Notes under the pieces: model-generated | The model's database searches: none | The model's input: the letters and a program-made list of their open reading frames with translations, nothing else | What the model was told of the DNA's origin: nothing | Source of the DNA: a plasmid | Length of the DNA stretch: 64,000 nt | Sequence record: NZ_CP110908.1 | Reading direction: 5' to 3' (one strand) | Program-made: the position numbers and the translations under genes | Part shown: piece by piece, positions 37,991-47,144 of the stretch | Layout: every line of letters starts with the position of its first letter | How positions within the stretch are numbered: the first letter of the stretch is position 1

Positions 37991-38413
37991 ATGTTACTTT
38001 TTGTCGCCCCCGAACAGGAGCCGGTGCAGTCCACTGCCCCGCTGTTCACCGAACGTTGCCCGGCGGGTTTTCCGTCGCCGGCCGCCGATTACACCGAAGA
38101 AGAGCTGGACCTGAACACTTACTGTATCCGGCGTCCGGCTGCAACGTTCTTCGTCAGGGCTATCGGGGATTCGATGCGGGATATGGGTCTGCATTCCGGC
38201 GATTTAATGGTGGTCGACAAAGCAGAGAAACCCATGCAGGGGGATATCGTTATCGCGGAAACAAACGGCGAATTCACGGTTAAACGCCTGCAGCTGAAGC
38301 CCCGCATTGCCCTGCTGCCGATGAACCCGGCCTACCCCACGCTCTATCCGGAAGAACTGCAGATTTTTGGGGTGGTGACGGCTTTTATACACAAAACCCG
38401 GAGCACAGACTGA
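37991..38413 (+). CDS. umuD: UmuD/MucA-like Pol V accessory subunit (S24 peptidase)
   Basis: ...[46 protein letters not shown]... LexA-like self-cleaving fold. Confidence 0.85.
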   Translation: MLLFVAPEQEPVQSTAPLFTERCPAGFPSPAADYTEEELDLNTYCIRRPAATFFVRAIGDSMRDMGLHSGDLMVVDKAEKPMQGDIVIAETNGEFTVKRLQLKPRIALLPMNPAYPTLYPEELQIFGVVTAFIHKTRSTD

Positions 38414-39687
38414 TGTTTGCGCTCGCGGACGTGAATTCGTTCTATGCCAGCTGCGAAAAGGTCTTTCGCCCTGATCTGCGGAATAAACCCGTTGTCGTTC
38501 TCTCAAATAATGATGGCTGCGTCATTGCGAGAAGCCCTGAAGCGAAGCGGCTGGGCATAAAAATGGGGGTACCGTGGTTTCAGCTGAAGTTGGTGAAATT
38601 TCCGGAGCCGGTCATCGCGTTCTCCAGTAATTACGCGTTGTATGCGAGTCTCAGCAACAGAGTGATGATCCATTTAGAGGAAATGGCGCCACGGGTGGAG
38701 CAGTATTCCATTGATGAGATGTTTCTGGACATTCGCGGCATAGACCGCTGCATTAATTTTGAGGACTTCGGCCGGCAGCTGCGTGAGCACGTCCGGAACG
38801 GAACCGGCCTGACTATCGGCGTGGGTATGGGGCCAACTAAAACGCTGGCGAAGTCAGCTCAATGGGCCTCCAAAGAATGGTCGCAGTTTGGTGGCGTTCT
38901 GGCGTTAACGCCGGGAAATCCCCGCCGCACGGAAAAACTGCTCTCACTGCAGCCGGTGGAGGAAATCTGGGGGGTTGGCCGGAGAATTTCGAAAAAGCTG
39001 AACACAATGGGAGTCACCACGGCACTGCAGCTGGCGCGCGCGAACCCTGTATTTATCAGGAAGAATTTCAGCGTTGTGCTGGAGAGAACCGTCCGGGAAC
39101 TCAACGGAGAAAGCTGTATTTCGCTGGAAGAAGCGCCTCCGCCGAAACAGCAGATTGTCTGCAGCCGATCCTTTGGGGAGCGTGTTACGACGTATGAAGC
39201 CATGCGCCAGGCAGTTTGTCAGTACGCTGAGCGTGCAGCTGAAAAGCTGCGCGGCGAGCGTCAGTTCTGCAGGCATATTGCCGTGTTTGTGAAAACATCG
39301 CCATTCGCCGTAAATGAGCCCTACTACGGTAATCTGGCCAGTGAAAAACTGCTCATCCCCACGCAGGATACACGGGACATCATTGCCGCTGCCGTCAGAG
39401 CTCTGGACAGGATCTGGGTGGATGGTCACCGTTACGCAAAGGCAGGCTGTATGCTGAACGATTTCATGCCAACTGGGGTATCGCAGCTGAATTTGTTTGA
39501 TGAAGTACAGCCGTGGGAACGGAGCGAGCAGTTGATGCAAGTTCTGGATAGTATTAACCATTCCGGTCTGGGGAAAGTGTGGTTTGCGGGACGGGGCATT
39601 GCTCCTGAGTGGCAAATGAAACGAGAAATGCTTTCCCCTGCGTACACAACGCGCTGGAATGATCTCCCGGTGGCAATGATAAGATGA
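38413..39687 (+). CDS. umuC: UmuC/MucB-like Y-family DNA polymerase V catalytic subunit
   Basis: [22 protein letters not shown]...[10 protein letters not shown]... Typical UmuC N-terminus. 424 aa. Confidence 0.9.
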   Translation: MFALADVNSFYASCEKVFRPDLRNKPVVVLSNNDGCVIARSPEAKRLGIKMGVPWFQLKLVKFPEPVIAFSSNYALYASLSNRVMIHLEEMAPRVEQYSIDEMFLDIRGIDRCINFEDFGRQLREHVRNGTGLTIGVGMGPTKTLAKSAQWASKEWSQFGGVLALTPGNPRRTEKLLSLQPVEEIWGVGRRISKKLNTMGVTTALQLARANPVFIRKNFSVVLERTVRELNGESCISLEEAPPPKQQIVCSRSFGERVTTYEAMRQAVCQYAERAAEKLRGERQFCRHIAVFVKTSPFAVNEPYYGNLASEKLLIPTQDTRDIIAAAVRALDRIWVDGHRYAKAGCMLNDFMPTGVSQLNLFDEVQPWERSEQLMQVLDSINHSGLGKVWFAGRGIAPEWQMKREMLSPAYTTRWNDLPVAMIR

Positions 39688-39700
39688 TCTGCCACCGAAA

Positions 39701-39718
39701 GATTTCGCATGCGAAATC
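39701..39718. promoter_or_regulatory. 18-bp perfect palindrome GATTTCGCATGCGAAATC (copy 1)
   Basis: Seen directly in the sequence. Intergenic, between umuC and the RES gene. Confidence 0.8.
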
Positions 39719-39735
39719 TAGGTTGTATCAACCCG

Positions 39736-41118
39736 TCAGAAATCGTCATCTGAATAGCCAGATTTCGCATGCGAAATCTCTGCTTCAGCGGCAGACAAAC
39801 TTATCTCTTTATGGCCTACCGGGGTTACTAACGATGTATACTTAACGCCCCTGATTTCATGGATCTCAATACTGCCCAACTTCAGTTCAAGTACGTCTTG
39901 CTGAGGTTTGTTTCGGGAGAGAACGGTAAACTCTCGTCTGAAATCACGATTGGTCGTTGTCATCTGAGGGTCAAACTCAGCGTAGTCATCGTCTTCTCTA
40001 TACATTGAAACTTGCGCTTCCAGTCGTCTGAGTTTGGCGTTTTTAACTGCCGATGACTTATGAAACAAGATCACATTACACGCGTTTTCCTCCCCTTGGC
40101 CAGAAGGCATTTGAGCAGACGAAAACTTGATTCCATCCAGTGAATATTTGTCCGTGATAGACAGATAATCAGCAATAGCTTGCGTAAGCAGATAGTTCGA
40201 TTCAGCGAGCTCAGGCACAACCGGCATAACTAGTTTGCGTGATAGTGTTGCTATGAAACGGCTACGCTCATATCTGACCAGATATTCAGGATCAAAACGG
40301 CTTACACCGTTTACAGCCACTCTGCCGAGTACCGTCAAATCGAGGAGACGTACAGGACGCAGTACCCGAAATTCAGAAACTACTACGAAACTACCGACCG
40401 GAGGACGGACTTCCGAAACGGCATTAGTTTTGGATGTTGCTCCATAAAATACAGATATTCCTTTCGCGTTCATCCGACCATAAGGTGCTAAATCGGAAGG
40501 AGGGGGGCCAAGCCTTGATTCTGGCATGTGCAACGCAGACTTAATGTCATCCTCGGACTTAAAAATCCGTCCACGATAAAGAGGCGTATCTGGAGTGAAA
40601 TCGGTAAAGGCTGAAGGGTGATTATCAAAGAGATAACCGAACACTTCATCAAACGTTTCAAGGGCATCATGATTGAAAAAACGATTACTTTCACGAAGCT
40701 TCTTTTCCATTAAAGCCCATTTGTTGGAAAGCTTAGAAGAAATTGATATTGCTGAGATGAAGAGTGGATCTTCACCATATTTATGTTCTTCAGTTCCCCG
40801 TTCGAACCAGCAATCCAACAGTATTTTTGAAAGGTCTTTAATCACATCGATGTTGGATGAAACCTCTTGTTCAAGAATCTCGATAAGAGGAGAACCTTCC
40901 TGAACACCATACTCATGGTCTACTTCGCCAGGAGAATAATATTTTTCTATCAGCCAGTCAGTTTTATTTCCCAATGCATGCATAGACATGGTTCGGTCTT
41001 CATTACCACAGTAGTCGCATGGTCTGTAAGAATCCGGGTCATTAATGATCATGTGAAAGAGAACCGGGTCATTCTTCAAACAGTGACTGCAAACTCTCTT
41101 GTAATTCTCGTCAAGCAT
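39736..41118 (-). CDS. Large RES-domain protein (~460 aa) with an N-terminal Cys-rich (2x CxxC) domain
   Basis: Central ...LYRGRIF...YGRMNAKGISVFYGATSKTNAVSEVRP... matches the RES toxin-domain signature. N-terminal CSHC...CDYC zinc-ribbon-like. AGGAG RBS, ATG at 41118. Confidence 0.5.
   Translation of the reverse strand: MLDENYKRVCSHCLKNDPVLFHMIINDPDSYRPCDYCGNEDRTMSMHALGNKTDWLIEKYYSPGEVDHEYGVQEGSPLIEILEQEVSSNIDVIKDLSKILLDCWFERGTEEHKYGEDPLFISAISISSKLSNKWALMEKKLRESNRFFNHDALETFDEVFGYLFDNHPSAFTDFTPDTPLYRGRIFKSEDDIKSALHMPESRLGPPPSDLAPYGRMNAKGISVFYGATSKTNAVSEVRPPVGSFVVVSEFRVLRPVRLLDLTVLGRVAVNGVSRFDPEYLVRYERSRFIATLSRKLVMPVVPELAESNYLLTQAIADYLSITDKYSLDGIKFSSAQMPSGQGEENACNVILFHKSSAVKNAKLRRLEAQVSMYREDDDYAEFDPQMTTTNRDFRREFTVLSRNKPQQDVLELKLGSIEIHEIRGVKYTSLVTPVGHKEISLSAAEAEISHAKSGYSDDDF
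39761..39778. promoter_or_regulatory. 18-bp palindrome copy 2 (inside the 3' end of the RES-domain gene, encoding EISHAKS)
   Basis: Seen directly in the sequence. Confidence 0.8.
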
Positions 41119-41135
41119 CGTGATGCTCCTGTAAA

Positions 41136-41153
41136 AATTTCGCATGCGAAATC
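41136..41153. promoter_or_regulatory. Palindrome copy 3 (aATTTCGCATGCGAAATC) overlapping the promoter/RBS region of the RES gene
   Basis: Seen directly in the sequence, 18-35 bp upstream of the RES-gene ATG. Confidence 0.75.
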
Positions 41154-41160
41154 TCAATAT

Positions 41161-41484
41161 CTAATTTCGCCGATAGAGTTCTTTAACGCTTGCAGATAGC
41201 TGGTAGTGCTGTTTTGCCCACCGCCCGTAGTTATTAACGGACTCATACTGACGCTCGGCAGCACCATCACGGTAATACTGTATATGGATAATCCCATGTA
41301 GCTGCAGATAGCTGGCTACCGTTGTTACATTATTGCGAATGAAGCGCGTGTGGCTCTGGAACACATCAAGATCAACTCCGTCCTGTCCTTCATCAAGCGC
41401 ATCAAGAATAAAAGCGATTAATGCAGAAGCGATAGAACGTCTGCCAGAGCCTGCGATACAAGCATCAAGCTCTTGAAAGGTCAT
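41161..41484 (-). CDS. Hypothetical protein (107 aa), translationally coupled within the par operon
   Basis: ATGA overlap with the upstream ORF. Confidence 0.4.
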   Translation of the reverse strand: MTFQELDACIAGSGRRSIASALIAFILDALDEGQDGVDLDVFQSHTRFIRNNVTTVASYLQLHGIIHIQYYRDGAAERQYESVNNYGRWAKQHYQLSASVKELYRRN

Positions 41485-41921
41485 GTGGATTTCCTGTTGT
41501 AACGGTAGCTGGCATCCTCTTCAATTGCCGCCACGAACCATCCGGTAGCCGTTTGCCTGTCTATGCTATCAGGCAAGGAAGCGACTAACTGCTCAAGTGG
41601 AAGTGTACGATTAGCTCTGAATATCAGCGCCGACATACCACACCAGTCCTGGTTACTTTCTGGCTTCCAGCCGATGCTGAGCATCAATGTTAACGCTGTC
41701 TGAGCTGCCCACAACGGAGTTTCAGCCGGGTTAGAGGACCATGAAAGTAACGCCGCGCCGGGTACGGGCCTGCTTCTTGTAACATATCCCAGATTGATAG
41801 CCGCTTCTGTTAATGCGGCAGCTGCTTCGGATTGAGTTCCGGGATATCGAAGCGCCCAGAGGCGGACAATTTGGCCACGGAATGCCATGGCCATTTCGGT
41901 GAACGGGGTTGATTTCATCAC
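41481..41921 (-). CDS. Hypothetical protein (146 aa), translationally coupled to parB
   Basis: ATGA overlap with the parB stop. Confidence 0.4.
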   Translation of the reverse strand: MMKSTPFTEMAMAFRGQIVRLWALRYPGTQSEAAAALTEAAINLGYVTRSRPVPGAALLSWSSNPAETPLWAAQTALTLMLSIGWKPESNQDWCGMSALIFRANRTLPLEQLVASLPDSIDRQTATGWFVAAIEEDASYRYNRKST

Positions 41922-42949
41922 TGAGAGCGCATCCCTTTGACGCGTAGTTCAGAAGCCTCAACTGAAATCTCACCAATTTCCATTTTCACCCACACATACC
42001 CAGCTTTATCTGGCGCACGGTCAGTCATTATTACCCCTTGCTGACCGTCTATCTCGACAACAACCTGCCATGTTTTTACATCTGAATTACAGTCTAAAAG
42101 CTTGGTTGATTTTTTGTTCTGAGACTTAGATTTCGCATGCGAAATCTCACCTTTGCTTTTGTTCTTAACTGCATCAAGAACAGCTTTAACCTGCGAACGT
42201 GAAATACCAGACTCTCGCGCAGCTGCGACAAGCTTCTCGGCCTCTTCGGGAGACTTTTCATTTACCTGTATCAGTGTGTATGCCAGATCGACATCGGATG
42301 TGATTTTATCCCGGAGAAGGGCGGTAACATTTTCTGGTGCATCAATGAGACGAAGGTGTTTACTGACAAATGAGGTAGGCTTACCCATTGTTTTTGCGAT
42401 CTGCTCACCCGTCATATTGAACTCATGCTTGAGCTCATAGAACGATTTTGCAGTCGCTAATGGTTTCAAACCAGACTGCTGCAGATTTTCAATGAGCTGA
42501 CCGATGATGCGTTCTTTTCTTTCCCGTGGTGGTTTACCGACATAAATATCAATGTGGGTATCACCACGCTTGCGGGCAGTGCGAACACGCGTTTCGCCTA
42601 ACCATATCTGGTAGCCACGTCTGTCACGAGGATAACAACGAGGCGGGGTAAGCATCCCTATCGTTTCGAAGGTATCAGCCATACCATCGATAATATCTTC
42701 CTCGAAGTCTTCTTCAGGTCGCACTTGTTCTTCAGCATAAACCAGATTTATATCGACACGGATTATCTGTCCATCAGGTTCGATATCCGGTCGGGCAATA
42801 TCCGCCATAATCTGGTGCGCAGCTATATCATGGTTCTGCTCATCTGGTTGTTTATTTGCAATGACCTGTTCAATATCAGAAACAACAGATGCATTTTTTT
42901 TCATTTCCTGCTGCGCCTGGAGTCGTCTCATAAACGGTTTCTTGGCCAT
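41918..42949 (-). CDS. parB: ParB partition protein (ParB/Srx N-terminal domain, GxxRxxA box)
   Basis: ...YQIWLGETRVRTARKRG... ParB box II. HTH. 343 aa. Stop overlaps parA. Confidence 0.8.
   Translation of the reverse strand: MAKKPFMRRLQAQQEMKKNASVVSDIEQVIANKQPDEQNHDIAAHQIMADIARPDIEPDGQIIRVDINLVYAEEQVRPEEDFEEDIIDGMADTFETIGMLTPPRCYPRDRRGYQIWLGETRVRTARKRGDTHIDIYVGKPPRERKERIIGQLIENLQQSGLKPLATAKSFYELKHEFNMTGEQIAKTMGKPTSFVSKHLRLIDAPENVTALLRDKITSDVDLAYTLIQVNEKSPEEAEKLVAAARESGISRSQVKAVLDAVKNKSKGEISHAKSKSQNKKSTKLLDCNSDVKTWQVVVEIDGQQGVIMTDRAPDKAGYVWVKMEIGEISVEASELRVKGMRSQ
42129..42146. promoter_or_regulatory. Palindrome copy 4 (inside the parB 3' coding region, encoding EISHAKS)
   Basis: Seen directly in the sequence. 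Confidence 0.8.
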
Positions 42950-43815
42950 TACTTACCTCCTGCGAGCAGAATAATTTTCTTAGTAAGTTCTTTATACTGA
43001 ATTGCAGGAAGACATTTGGGGTCATATTCATCAAATGAGAGACCAAGTTCGATCGCTTCCTTTGCAGCAGCAGGTACAAATGATATATAGGCGAGAATGT
43101 ATTCTTCAGAGTAGCCTTTTCCCTGAAGGATCTCGATGAGGAGATTCAGGTTCAGTGTATCAATAGGCCCCAGATATCCTTCTTTAAGTGGCTTTTTATA
43201 ATTTTTGACCTGCGTCTGCGTCACATAAGTCCCCATGAACTGCAGCGAAGGATTGTAGTTCCGCTTAATTTTCTGCATATAAGTAAGCTGTTTACCAACT
43301 GCATTACGGGCCTGCTTCTCCAGCAGGGTAGGGATCAGAAGGTAATCAGCTGACATATGCGCTGCGATCATGACATTTGAATAAGATGGCGCTGAATCAG
43401 CAATAATAAAATCAAACTGTTTCTTCAGTTCTTCAATACGGTCCCTGAAGTCGAACATGCAGTCGCTGTTTCGGTAGTTAATTTCATTAAGTTCACTGGT
43501 AGCACCGATAAAAAAGCGCCCGCCAGGAAGCTCAATCGGTCGAATCTCTGTTTCAGAAAAGAAAAGCTGATATGTATTCGCTTCACCGGGTGTAAAACTG
43601 TTACTTAAAGGTTCGCGTTCTATCTCATAAGGTAAGCCGTCAGGGAATGCCCTCTCCGTCAGACCAGTTGTCCAGTCCATATCAATTTCAAGCACACGGA
43701 AACCAGCTTCACGAAGGTCATGTGCGATTTCACTGGATGACTGCGATTTAACGATTCCGCCCTTCTGACTACATACAACGATCAGTTTTCCGATAGGTCC
43801 AATTTTCAGTGTCAT
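42949..43815 (-). CDS. parA: ParA partition ATPase (deviant Walker A KGGxxKS, no N-terminal HTH)
   Basis: MTLKIGPIGKLIVVCSQKGGIVKSQSS... AAGGA RBS before the ATG at 43815. Confidence 0.8.
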   Translation of the reverse strand: MTLKIGPIGKLIVVCSQKGGIVKSQSSSEIAHDLREAGFRVLEIDMDWTTGLTERAFPDGLPYEIEREPLSNSFTPGEANTYQLFFSETEIRPIELPGGRFFIGATSELNEINYRNSDCMFDFRDRIEELKKQFDFIIADSAPSYSNVMIAAHMSADYLLIPTLLEKQARNAVGKQLTYMQKIKRNYNPSLQFMGTYVTQTQVKNYKKPLKEGYLGPIDTLNLNLLIEILQGKGYSEEYILAYISFVPAAAKEAIELGLSFDEYDPKCLPAIQYKELTKKIILLAGGK

Positions 43816-43829
43816 GTAACAATCCTTAA

Positions 43830-43847
43830 GATTTCGCATGCGAAATG
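43830..43847. promoter_or_regulatory. Palindrome copy 5 (GATTTCGCATGCGAAATg) overlapping the parA RBS-proximal region
   Basis: Seen directly in the sequence. Confidence 0.75.
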
Positions 43848-44047
43848 TTTGAGAAGGGGCGGCACGGCTTGAAAGAGTATTTCAATAATGAAATGAATTC
43901 ATTGCGGGATTTCATACACACTCCTGTGAGTCAGGCGTTTCGCCAGGTGCAGAAGCAGCTATCTGCCACTGCGTTTGTTGTCGCGCTTTCATGACAACAC
44001 AAACAGTATACAGAGAAAATATAAGATATCAATAATGATACGCAATA

Positions 44048-44065
44048 GATTTCGCATGCGAAATC
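44048..44065. promoter_or_regulatory. Palindrome copy 6, about 230 bp upstream of parA
   Basis: Seen directly in the sequence. Confidence 0.8.
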
Positions 44066-44221
44066 ACATTTTATGTCCGTTAGTAAAAGCCGAACCAGCG
44101 GCTTTTTTACGTCACTGGTTTAATACCCTCGCCATCTGGACACTCCGATAATTCTGTCCAGTTCTGCTGGCAGCGCAGGATCTGGCCTGATAGTCTTGGG
44201 TAATAACTACAGGAGGTAGAG

Positions 44222-44440
44222 ATGACATTTTTCCTTATTATTGCGTTTGCTCTGATAGTCGTCGGTAGGCTTCTGCTGCGAAAGAGCCTAAATAAACTCC
44301 ACAATGAGTATTACCGCCGCGCTGACGAGCGGGGATGCGCGGAACGTTATGAATCGTTCGTTCGCCTTTACAATTCCAGAGATCCCCGCATTTTAGAAAT
44401 TGCTTATCTGGAAGCCATTTCCTGCACTAAGGCCGCTTGA
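44222..44440 (+). CDS. Small membrane protein (72 aa)
   Basis: Hydrophobic N-terminus. Followed by a hairpin plus T-run terminator. Confidence 0.35.
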   Translation: MTFFLIIAFALIVVGRLLLRKSLNKLHNEYYRRADERGCAERYESFVRLYNSRDPRILEIAYLEAISCTKAA

Positions 44441-44450
44441 GCGGCCTTTT
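44420..44450 (+). terminator. Rho-independent terminator (ggccgcttgagcggcc + TTTTTTAT)
   Basis: GC stem followed by a T tract. Confidence 0.5.
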
Positions 44451-44515
44451 TTATATCCCTCGTTTAATTCTCCGCTCGGTTAGACATTCAGGTATTTCTG
44501 TCCACGTCAGTTAGC

Positions 44516-44914
44516 TCAGGTCCATAACGAAAGAATCCAGCCAGCTATCACATCGTTTGAAATTGATGCGAAAACTCCACACGCGCCTCCAAGCCACCAT
44601 TTATGCTTTCCCACAAAACGCTTTAGCTTTTCCCCTCTGGTAAGTGATGCCTCATGCAATTCGATAAGCGTTATCCATTCCTGTATCTTCTGTTTATAAT
44701 AATTCCAGCTATTCTTATCTACCTGTTCCTGAGATAGCGGTTTTATTCTTCTGGAGATCCAGCCGCAGAATTCGGGAGGCATAATTTCCGATAACTCTTT
44801 TACACCAAAATCAAACCGGTGCTGGTTAAGAAGAGATATAATTTCTCTCTGTTCAGCGGTGTTAAGCCCAGCGCGGTCGCGGACTTCAATTAGTTGGTCC
44901 AGTGTCATAAGCAA
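44516..44914 (-). CDS. Hypothetical protein (~130 aa) with C-terminal TM segment
   Basis: ORF. AT-richer than the flanking sequence. Confidence 0.35.
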   Translation of the reverse strand: MLMTLDQLIEVRDRAGLNTAEQREIISLLNQHRFDFGVKELSEIMPPEFCGWISRRIKPLSQEQVDKNSWNYYKQKIQEWITLIELHEASLTRGEKLKRFVGKHKWWLGGACGVFASISNDVIAGWILSLWT

Positions 44915-45044
44915 GCCCTCTTATGGTTGAAGACCCCTATTTTATCACCTCCGGAACATGGCCGTAGAAGTCGCCCTGTTATGTCCATTTATAATAAATT
45001 TGCGTTCGCCTGGACGTTCAGTTGTTTCAGTTCACTTACTTACC

Positions 45045-45548
45045 TTACCTCCGCCAGAACGCCCACCATGCATGTTGTTTGCCCTGAAGTGCAGCTTTAT
45101 CCTGAAGTAATTCAGCACTAACTACCCCCTGAAGCATAGAAACGGAGTCTCTCGCGGCATTACGGTAGGAATCAATAAGATCACTGGGCTTTCTGAGCAA
45201 AATAAATTGCGATACTTTTGCCTGAGTATCAAACGCATAAACTCGTAATTCAGACGAAGAAGTGAGACTCACAATATTATGCAACCGCATATAATCGGTG
45301 TAGTCCTCGCCACCTGGATCACATGATTCATAAAGATATTTCTGCATTAGCAATTGCGATGAAGAAAGGAAATCTATATAGCGGTCAGTTTTTTTATCTA
45401 TATCACGCAGTCGCTGAGCTACTGCTTCTTTCCTAATTTCATGGAGGTGTGTTAATTTCAGTGTAATCCAGCCGCCAACAATGGTGATTAACGCGCCCAG
45501 ACCGATTTTAACGGCACTGTCAGCCACATCCACCCACTCAAGCGCCAT
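45045..45548 (-). CDS. Hypothetical protein (167 aa) with N-terminal TM segment
   Basis: ORF upstream of and co-oriented with 44516-44914. Confidence 0.4.
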   Translation of the reverse strand: MALEWVDVADSAVKIGLGALITIVGGWITLKLTHLHEIRKEAVAQRLRDIDKKTDRYIDFLSSSQLLMQKYLYESCDPGGEDYTDYMRLHNIVSLTSSSELRVYAFDTQAKVSQFILLRKPSDLIDSYRNAARDSVSMLQGVVSAELLQDKAALQGKQHAWWAFWRR

Positions 45549-45784
45549 CTGCTATCCCTTCTATTTCTGTGATGATCATGACTGTCAGTATAAATCCCCG
45601 GCGGATTGGACATACAGCGCTTTCTGTCCAGTTCAATCCATGCCTCGCTCTATCACCTTCAATCATGCACCAAGAATGTACAAAAAATGTTTTCTAACTT
45701 GGACATTTCGGCACTATCGGAAAAAGTGTCCAGAAAATATTTCTGGTGATCGTATTTAATTTTGTTGACCCGCTGCGCAAACCG

Positions 45785-45850
45785 TGAGTCTGTTCAGAAC
45801 TTGCTTCTGAACAGGGGAGGGGTTGGACAAGCCCGCCGGGCGCGTCAGCA
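45785..45850 (+). repeat. 65-bp element, copy 1: hairpin tgttcagaacttgcttctgaaca + GGGGTTGGACAAGCCCGCCGGGCGCGTCAG
   Basis: Directly repeated (~80% identical) at 55885-55943. Confidence 0.8.
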
Positions 45851-45970
45851 AGTCACATTGGGGTATGCTCTATATATACCATCCGAAAAAATACCGGCTA
45901 ATATTATTGTTACCACATAAGTGATACCATCATAAGCAAGACCACTTAAAAGTTACCAGAAGGACAAAAT

Positions 45971-46612
45971 ATGTTCGTTTTTGGTTACCTCCGGGCATCC
46001 ACTTCAGAGCAGGATGCCAGCCGGGCAAAAAATGCACTGAAGGCATTTGCAAACCAACATGGCCACCGTATTGCTGGCTGGTATATCGACAATGTCTCCG
46101 GTGCGACAATGAACCGTCCTGAACTGATCAGGCTTCTTGGTGATGCGGAACCTGGTGATGTGATTCTCATTGAACAGGTCGACAGGCTTACTCGACTGGA
46201 TGATGCAGGCTGGGAGACACTCAGAAAGCAAATCACCGACAAGCAGTTGGCCATCGTCAGTCTTGATTTACCAACCAGCCATCTGGCGCTATCCAGCACA
46301 GTAAGTGATGACTTCACCCGAAGCATGCTGAAGGCCGTAAATGGCATGATGCTGGATATGCTCGCCGCTATTGCCAGAAAAGACTACGAAGACCGTCGAC
46401 GTCGCCAGGCAGAGGGAATCTGTAAAGCGAAAACTGAAGGAAAATACCGGGGCAGGGTGGCCGATGCACAGAAACATGAACTGATACGTACTCTGCGCCT
46501 GGTCAACGGAAAATCGCTGCGAGAAACAGCCCGCCTGGCTGGCGTTTCCAAAATGACTGTCATCAGAGTCTGCAATGCTCAGAATGTAGAGCCAGAGACG
46601 GCTAATACCTAA
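45971..46612 (+). CDS. Serine recombinase (resolvase/invertase family)
   Basis: N-terminal FGYLRASTSEQD catalytic-Ser motif and C-terminal HTH. Confidence 0.8.
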   Translation: MFVFGYLRASTSEQDASRAKNALKAFANQHGHRIAGWYIDNVSGATMNRPELIRLLGDAEPGDVILIEQVDRLTRLDDAGWETLRKQITDKQLAIVSLDLPTSHLALSSTVSDDFTRSMLKAVNGMMLDMLAAIARKDYEDRRRRQAEGICKAKTEGKYRGRVADAQKHELIRTLRLVNGKSLRETARLAGVSKMTVIRVCNAQNVEPETANT

Positions 46613-46778
46613 GATGAATAACGTAACCCACACTCTGAAAGGACATAGCATGAATGATATACCATTTGTTACGTTCACCTCTGATCCTAGACTGGCCCCC
46701 TGAATCTCCAGACAACCAATATCACTTAAATAAGTGATAGTCTTAATACTAGTTTTTAGACTAGTCATTGGAGAGCAG

Positions 46779-47144
46779 ATGATTGATGTCTTAGGACCGG
46801 AGAAACGCAGACGGCGTACTACACAGGAAAAGATCGCTATTGTTCAGCAGAGTTTTGAACCGGGAATGACGGTCTCCCTTGTTGCCCGGCAACACGGTGT
46901 GGCAGCCAGCCAGTTATTTCTCTGGCGCAAGCAATACCAGGAGGGAAGTCTTACTGCTGTGGCCGCAGGAGAGCAGGTCGTTCCTGCCTCTGAACTTGCT
47001 GCTGCCATGAAGCAGATTAAAGAACTCCAGCGCCTGCTCGGCAAAAAAACGATGGAAAATGAACTCCTTAAAGAAGCCGTTGAATACGGGCGTGCAAAAA
47101 AGTGGATAGCGCACGCGCCCTTATTGCCCGGGGATGGGGAGTAA
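46779..47144 (+). CDS. insC: IS2 OrfA (InsC)
   Basis: [56 protein letters not shown]... matches InsC. Confidence 0.85.

Noticed and set aside
38944-39615. 223-aa minus-strand ORF
   Set aside because: Inside umuC on the opposite strand; umuC homology is unambiguous.
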